A stretch of DNA of 56,815 bases from Dehalococcoidia bacterium (GTDB lineage: Bacteria > Chloroflexota > Dehalococcoidia > Lucifugimonadales > GCA-2717565), in the NCBI GenBank assembly GCA_009692865.1, contig SHYH01000003.1, positions 1-56,815 on the forward strand, read 5' to 3'. Positions within the stretch are counted from its first letter, which is position 1. The number at the start of each line of letters is the position of its first letter. Both the position numbers and the translations under genes were made by a program. Shown here piece by piece: positions 51,324-56,815 of this stretch. The notes under the pieces are model-generated. The model was not told the origin of the DNA. It did no database searches and saw only the letters and a list, made by a program, of their open reading frames with translations.

Positions 51324-51983
51324 ATGGCTGAACAGATTACCCTTAGGCTGGAGCCCAGGACCGTCCTGGGCAAGCAGGTCAAAGCCTTGCGACGGGCAGG
51401 CATCACCCCTGTCCACCTGTATGGGCGGGGAATCGCCTCGCGCTCCCTTCAGGCGCCTAGTAGCGAGCTGCTGAAGGTCCTGGCGCGGGCAGGACGCAAC
51501 ACCCCCATCACCGTCACCATAGCGGGGAGCCACACCTCGAACCTGGCCATGGTGCGAAACGTCCAGCGGGAGCCCGTCAACAGGACGCCGCTGCACGTAG
51601 ACCTCTTACGGGTGGACCTTGAGCAGCTCATCACGGTGGAAGTGCGCCTTGTGCTAAAGGGCGATTCGGCCGGCGCCCGGCTGGCGGGGGGCACGGTCGC
51701 GCAGCGTATGTACTATCTGGAGGTGGTGGCCCGGCCCCTGGACCTGCCTCACCAACTAGAGGTGAACCTGGCAGGCCTGGCAGAGGCAAACTCCGTCTTG
51801 CGGGCTGGAGACGTGCCCCTGCCTCCCAACGTCTCCCTGGTGACCAATCCAGAGGCCATCGTTGCCGCTATTGAGGTGGCTCGCGAGGAGGTGGTGGCTG
51901 AAGCGGCTGTGGCTGAGGCGGGTGCTGCTGAGCCCGAAGTGATACGACCTGCTCGGTCTGAGGAGGCAGAAGAGGAGAAGTAG
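51324..51983 (+). CDS. rplY: 50S ribosomal protein L25/Ctc
   Basis: GK.VK.LRR.G..P.HLYG, VQ.EPV....HVD; acidic tail. Confidence 0.95.
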   Translation: MAEQITLRLEPRTVLGKQVKALRRAGITPVHLYGRGIASRSLQAPSSELLKVLARAGRNTPITVTIAGSHTSNLAMVRNVQREPVNRTPLHVDLLRVDLEQLITVEVRLVLKGDSAGARLAGGTVAQRMYYLEVVARPLDLPHQLEVNLAGLAEANSVLRAGDVPLPPNVSLVTNPEAIVAAIEVAREEVVAEAAVAEAGAAEPEVIRPARSEEAEEEK

Positions 51984-52023
51984 CAGCTTGCCTCGCGGCC
52001 AAGGCGCCGCCGGCGCTTTTACC

Positions 52024-52052
52024 TTGACATCAGGTTTGTAGGGCCGTACCAT
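52024..52052 (+). promoter_or_regulatory. Sigma70-like promoter of thiolase operon
   Basis: TTGACA-17 nt-TACCAT. Confidence 0.65.
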
Positions 52053-52111
52053 AAGCACAAGGGGCGGCGCAGGCAGAGGGTTTGAGGCCCGTAATCGAGA
52101 AGGGGGGATCC

Positions 52112-53389
52112 ATGGTGCAGCGACGACGGAAGCTAGGGAGAGGCGTCGCAGTCATCGGCGGCGGCATGTCCAGGTTCGGGACCTTTCCCGAAAAACTGGG
52201 CCGCGACCTGATGGTAGAAGCCTACACGGAGGCCCTCCAAACGGTAGGCAAGGGGATGGACCCCAAGGATATCGAGGCCCTCTACATCGGCAACTTCACC
52301 TCAGACTCCTTTGAAGACCAGGGCCACCTGGGACACATCATCGCCGACACCTTGGGCCTGGCCCCCCGCCCTGCGACCCGTGTCGAGGGGGCGTGCGCCA
52401 GCAGCGGCGTGGCCTTCCGCGAGGGGATCATGGCCATCGCCTCGGGCATGTACGACATCGTCCTCGTGGGTGGACTGGAGAAGATGAGCCTGCTCGGGAC
52501 CGAGCACGTGCAGGACGCCCTGGGCCTGGCCGCCGACGTGCCCATGGAGCGGGACGACGCCGGTTATACCTTTCCGGGGCTCTACGCCACCATGGCCTCG
52601 GCCTACATGGCCCGCTACGGCTCCACCCGTGAGCACCTGATGCACGTGACCGTCAAGAACCACCAGAACGGCAGCCTCAACCCCAAGGCCCAGTTCAATG
52701 TCACGCTGCGGGAGACCATGGAGCAGCGCAAGAAGCGAAACGCCCAGAGGGGCGAGCCCGTGCCGAACTGGAGGGATGAGTTTGATTTCTTGATGGACCC
52801 AGGCCCCAACCCCCTGGTGGCCTGGCCCCTTTACCTCTTCGACTGCTCACCTGTAAGCGACGGCGCCTCCTGTATCATCCTCGCGTCTGAGGAGATCGCC
52901 CGTAACTTCACCGACGACGTTGTGACGGTGGCCGCCACCGCCCAGGCCAGCGCGGGCCCCTTTAGCACATGGGGCGGCGACATCACCTCCATCCCATCGG
53001 CCAGGGTCGCCGCTCGCCAGGCCTACGAGATGGCTGGGGTCACTCCCAAGGACATCAACCTGGCGGAGGTGCACGACTGCTTCACCGCAGCCGAGATCAT
53101 TGCCATTGAGGATCTGGGCTTCTTCGAGCCCGGCAAGGGGGCCTTCGCCGCTGCCGAGGGGCAGACCACACGAGATAGCGACCGGCCTGTCAACATCTCC
53201 GGCGGACTCAAGGCCAAGGGCCATCCCGTGGGGGCCACGGGGACTGCTCAGGTGCTGGAGGTGTGGAACCAGCTGCGCGGCAAAGCGGGCCCACGTCAGC
53301 TCACCGGCAGGGACCTGCGGCTGGGCCTGACCCACAACGTGGGAGGTACGGGTGGGACTACCGTCATCCACATCCTGGAGCGGAAGTAG
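52112..53389 (+). CDS. SCP2/archaeal-type thiolase
   Basis: EGACASS, DCSP.SDG, EVHDCF, GHPVGATG, HNVGG. Confidence 0.93.
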   Translation: MVQRRRKLGRGVAVIGGGMSRFGTFPEKLGRDLMVEAYTEALQTVGKGMDPKDIEALYIGNFTSDSFEDQGHLGHIIADTLGLAPRPATRVEGACASSGVAFREGIMAIASGMYDIVLVGGLEKMSLLGTEHVQDALGLAADVPMERDDAGYTFPGLYATMASAYMARYGSTREHLMHVTVKNHQNGSLNPKAQFNVTLRETMEQRKKRNAQRGEPVPNWRDEFDFLMDPGPNPLVAWPLYLFDCSPVSDGASCIILASEEIARNFTDDVVTVAATAQASAGPFSTWGGDITSIPSARVAARQAYEMAGVTPKDINLAEVHDCFTAAEIIAIEDLGFFEPGKGAFAAAEGQTTRDSDRPVNISGGLKAKGHPVGATGTAQVLEVWNQLRGKAGPRQLTGRDLRLGLTHNVGGTGGTTVIHILERK

Positions 53390-53391
53390 CC

Positions 53392-53841
53392 ATGCCGGGA
53401 GCCGATGAATTCAACATCGCCGCCTACCACAAGGCCCTGAAGGAGCGGAAGATCGCGGCCTCAAGCTGCACTCGGTGCAACGCCGTCTTCCTGCCGCCTC
53501 GGGTCATCTGCTCTCATTGCCACGCCCAAGCCATGACCTGGATGCAGCTTGAGGGCGAGGGCAAGGTTCTCGGATTCACCTCCATCGCCATCACTCCTAC
53601 GTCCATGACCTACCGGGGCTACGGGCGGACCAATCCCTCCGTGACGGCGCTGGTGGAGTTGAAGGAAGGGCCCTGCATCAGTGCCCGTCTGGAGGGGGTT
53701 GACTCCAGGGATCTTGAGAAGAGCGTGAAGGTGGGGATGTCGGTCCAGGCGGACTTTCTCTCAGAGGACACGGCGCGGATGGGGCTGCGCGGACGGGCCT
53801 CCGGGAGGCAGGTGACGCTGGTCTTTCGCCCCAAGAAGTAA
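53392..53841 (+). CDS. DUF35 zinc-ribbon/OB-fold thiolase partner
   Basis: C..C...LPPR..C..C, V.L.EGP, V.VGM.V, F.P. Confidence 0.92.
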   Translation: MPGADEFNIAAYHKALKERKIAASSCTRCNAVFLPPRVICSHCHAQAMTWMQLEGEGKVLGFTSIAITPTSMTYRGYGRTNPSVTALVELKEGPCISARLEGVDSRDLEKSVKVGMSVQADFLSEDTARMGLRGRASGRQVTLVFRPKK

Positions 53842-53887
53842 GGGGGCCCACGGTGCCCACATCGTTGTATCCACCGGTACAGATGCC

Positions 53888-53917
53888 AAAGGGGGAGCCA
53901 AGTCCGGCTCCCCCTTT
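53888..53917. terminator. Bidirectional-type terminator hairpin
   Basis: AAAGGGGGAGCC-AAGTCC-GGCTCCCCCTTT. Confidence 0.65.
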
Positions 53918-54002
53918 ACAGTGGTGAGAGTGAAGGCGACCATGAGCAAAGGGGGGGCATCGTCCCTCATGGAGTGGGTGAAGAACAGGGGTAGGAGAAG
54001 GC

Positions 54003-55886
54003 ATGGGTAGGTCGTTTCTGGGGCGGCTACAGGAAGGGCCCATCCTCTTCGATGGCGCCATGGGCACCGAGCTGTACCATCGCGGGAACATCCCCTTTGA
54101 CCGCAACTTCGACGAGCTAAACCTCTCGAACCCTGAGATAGTGAAAGGGGTGCACCTGGACTACATCCGGGCCGGCGCCCAGGTCATTGAGACCAACACC
54201 TTTGGGGCCAACCGGCTGCGCCTGGTCACCCACGGCCTGGCGGACAAGGTCCGGCAGGTCAACCTGCAGGGCGTGGCCATCGCCAGGGAGGCCTCACGCC
54301 TGGCGGGGGCCGAGACGTTGGTGGCAGCGGCCATGGGGCCGTTGGGAAAGCCCCTATCACCCCTGGGGCCTGTGAGCCTGCAGCAGGCCAGGGAGGCCTT
54401 TCTGGAGCAGGCGGGCTTCCTTGCCGAGGCCGGGCCGGACCTTCTCATCATGGAGACCTTCGGGGACCTGCGGGAGCTCCGAGAGGCCATCCTGGCGGCG
54501 CGGCAGGTCTCCGACCTGCCTATCGTCGCCCAGTTGACCCTCACGACCGACGGCAAGACGCCCTCCGGAGACACCTTGGTGGAGGGCGTGGAAGCACTTC
54601 AGGCGCTCAATGTCCAGGCCATAGGGCTCAACTGCAGCATCGGCCCCCAGCCCATGCTCCAGGCGGCCCACGAGATGCTGAAGGTAGCCCATCTTCCCCT
54701 CGCCATGCAGCCAAACGCGGGCTTCCCCTCCTTAATCGACGGGCGCTATCTGTACCTGTCATCCCCCGACTACTTCGCCGACTACTGCCGCCAGATGGTG
54801 GAGGCGGGAGTCGCCATCATCGGGGGATGTTGCGGCACCACGCCCCGACACGTCGATGCCCTGCGCAAGGCCCTGGCGAGCGTCCGGCTCCGCCGTCATG
54901 TCTTCCCCTCAGCGGCTGTCCAGGAGCAAGAGGAGGAGGCGCCCCAGGATCCCCGGCCAATCGCCCCAACCCGTCTGGCTCAGCGGGTGGGGCAGAAGTT
55001 CCTGGTGACGGTGGAGGTAGACCCACCCCAGGGGTTCGACGCGTCGGGCACCCTGCGCAAGCTTGAGTCGTTGGTGGCTTCCGGGCTGGTAGACACCATC
55101 AACGTGGCGGACAACTCCCGGGCCCAGACCCGCATGAGCGCCCTGGCCACCTGCCTCCTCATTCAGACCCGCCTGGGCATTGAAACCATCATGCACCTGA
55201 CCACGCGCCACCGAAACCTGGTGGCCCTCCACTCCGAGCTGCTGGGGGCCCACGCCCTGGGGGTGCGCAACGTCCTCTGCATCATGGGAGACCCTCCCCA
55301 GATCGGGGACTACCCAAAGGCCACGGCCATTGCGGACATCACCCCCTCGGGACTGGTGGGGCTCATCAAGAGCCTGAACCAGGGAGTGACGCTGACGGGG
55401 AAGCCCGTGGACCAGCCCACCTCCTTCTTTGTGGGGTGCGCCCTGAACCTGAACGCCCAGGGCAAGGACCAGGACCGGGAGCTGAAGGTGCTGGAGCGCA
55501 AGATCGAGGCCGGCGCCGACTTCATCATGGCCCAGCCGGTCTACGACCCGGAGGTGGTGCGACAGTGGCACCAACGCCTGGGGGGGTTCCCCCGGCCCTT
55601 GCTCCTTGGAGTGCTGCCCCTGCGGAACCACCGCCATGCCGAGTTCCTTCACAACGAGGTGCCGGGCATCTCCATACCGTCTCACGTGGTGGAACGGCTG
55701 CGCCAGGCCCCCAAGCCCGGGGAGGAGGGGCTGCAGGTGGCCGTGGAGCTTCTGGAGCAGGTGCACCCGCTGGTGGCCGGAGTGTACCTGATGGCCCCCT
55801 TTGGGCGCTACAGCGTGCTGCTGCAGCTCCTCCGCCGCATGGAGAGGTTCATCCCCAACCTGGCCGCACCCGCGCATCTGACGTAG
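54003..55886 (+). CDS. yitJ: Bifunctional homocysteine S-methyltransferase/methylenetetrahydrofolate reductase
   Basis: DGAMGT, TNTFGAN, GLNC, GGCCGT; then VEVDPP, NVAD, GDPP, HNEVPGI, PFGR. Confidence 0.95.
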   Translation: MGRSFLGRLQEGPILFDGAMGTELYHRGNIPFDRNFDELNLSNPEIVKGVHLDYIRAGAQVIETNTFGANRLRLVTHGLADKVRQVNLQGVAIAREASRLAGAETLVAAAMGPLGKPLSPLGPVSLQQAREAFLEQAGFLAEAGPDLLIMETFGDLRELREAILAARQVSDLPIVAQLTLTTDGKTPSGDTLVEGVEALQALNVQAIGLNCSIGPQPMLQAAHEMLKVAHLPLAMQPNAGFPSLIDGRYLYLSSPDYFADYCRQMVEAGVAIIGGCCGTTPRHVDALRKALASVRLRRHVFPSAAVQEQEEEAPQDPRPIAPTRLAQRVGQKFLVTVEVDPPQGFDASGTLRKLESLVASGLVDTINVADNSRAQTRMSALATCLLIQTRLGIETIMHLTTRHRNLVALHSELLGAHALGVRNVLCIMGDPPQIGDYPKATAIADITPSGLVGLIKSLNQGVTLTGKPVDQPTSFFVGCALNLNAQGKDQDRELKVLERKIEAGADFIMAQPVYDPEVVRQWHQRLGGFPRPLLLGVLPLRNHRHAEFLHNEVPGISIPSHVVERLRQAPKPGEEGLQVAVELLEQVHPLVAGVYLMAPFGRYSVLLQLLRRMERFIPNLAAPAHLT

Positions 55887-55908
55887 GGGCAAAAACAAGG
55901 AGCCGGTA

Positions 55909-56367
55909 ATGGTGCGACACGCTTACCTGCTCGTGTTTGTGCTGCTGGCGGTCACCCTAGGGTGCGGCGGGCCTGAGCCTGCGTCCACCTTGTGGACCCG
56001 GCAGTTCGGCTCCTCCATTACAGACTCTGCCAATGGTGTAGGGGTGGATGGGGCAGGGAACGTGTACGTGGTGGGCAATAGCTTCACAGACGGTCCTCTT
56101 CTCCCAGACGCCTTTGTACGCAAGTACGGGCCTAAGGGCACAGAACTGTGGACCAGCCAGTTCGACTCCCCACATGCCAACAGCGCCCAAGGTGGAGCAT
56201 TGGACGAGGCAGGGAACGTGTACGTAGTGGGCTATACAAACGGTGCTCTTCCCGGCCAGACCCCTCTGGGAAGCACTGATGCCTTCGTGCGCAAGTACAC
56301 GCCCGATGGCGAGGAGGTGTGGACCAACTAGTTTGGCTCCGAGGCTATCGACGTTGCCGATGGTGTA
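55909..56367 (+). pseudogene. SBBP beta-propeller repeat lipoprotein, interrupted and truncated
   Basis: Lipobox TLGC; repeats WTRQFGS...VD..GNVYVVG...DAFVRKY; third repeat WTN*FGSEAIDVADGV. Confidence 0.75.
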
Positions 56368-56536
56368 TCGGGACGGCGTCCCCATCGCCGACCTCCAGGG
56401 GGGTGAAGCGCACTTCCGGCAGGAGGTGGACGAGGCCACTCGCCAGAAGGCCCAAGACCTTCTCCAGCCAACCCTCGAGACCCCGACCAACGGGCACAAG
56501 CCCGCACGCCCCTGGGCCCGCTCCTTCGGGCGGTAG
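56360..56536 (+). pseudogene. Fragment resembling the C-terminus of Lhr-family helicases
   Basis: VYRDGVPIA.L.GGE..F motif, recognised from memory of Lhr tails; coding-like codon usage. Confidence 0.45.
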
Positions 56537-56654
56537 TGCCGGCCTCTGCGATGTTGGCGTTGACGCGAAGGGGTATAATGCCCGTGCCGGTGGCAGCAGG
56601 AGCATGGGATGATGTTCTCATTGACCTTGTGGGGCTAAGGGCAAGATAACGCTC

Positions 56655-56815
56655 ATGGGAGTGGGGATTCTGAAACGGGCCCTCAACTATCTGGAAAGGC
56701 CTCTGGCCTCCCTGAGGGAAAGGGACTTTCGGTATCTGGCCCTGAGCAACCTTGCCCAGGGGTACGGCCAGTGGTTCCAGATGCTGGGACTGCCACTGGT
56801 GGTCTACGATATGAC
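56655..56815 (+). CDS. MFS transporter N-terminus, 3'-truncated by window edge
   Basis: ASLRERDFRYL...G.WFQ......VYDMT. Confidence 0.75.
   Translation, partial: MGVGILKRALNYLERPLASLRERDFRYLALSNLAQGYGQWFQMLGLPLVVYDM

Noticed and set aside
53842-54002. SAM or SAH riboswitch upstream of yitJ
   Set aside because: Hairpins are present but I found no SAM-I (ATC..GAG, GCAACC, GTGC) or SAH consensus

Overview
High-GC bacterial chromosome segment. Gene content and synteny suggest Chloroflexota (Dehalococcoidia-like); this is an inference. It is mostly housekeeping: aspartokinase, gyrA, ruvB, split methylmalonyl-CoA mutase with epimerase, Opp-type ABC importer, prfB, an interrupted his operon, nusA-ylxR-infB-truB, tatC, purM, folC, lysA, holB, rplY, thiolase/DUF35 and YitJ-type methionine synthesis. 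The ORF track misses several recoding events: a UGA-Sec protein-disulfide oxidoreductase (T-U-P-H-C), the prfB +1 frameshift, a CTG-initiated zinc-ribbon RDD protein and a likely nested aspartokinase beta start. A tRNA-Lys with mismatched halves heads an integrase-less cassette array (hicBA, DUF4238) delimited by tRNA 3'-end fragments. At least five families of non-autonomous palindromic repeats are present. These include a four-copy ~150-bp MITE, one copy of which has both internal hairpins replaced by the same 16-nt palindrome. Decaying genes include an rbfA remnant, an orphan phage-scaffold-like gene, PKD and SBBP proteins, an Lhr-like tail, a truncated MFS and a frameshifted CoA-binding gene. 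A SurE-glyoxalase fusion and a candidate structured rplY leader RNA also stand out. No CRISPR array, rRNA, integrase or transposase was seen. Family assignments are from motif recognition only; no database was searched.
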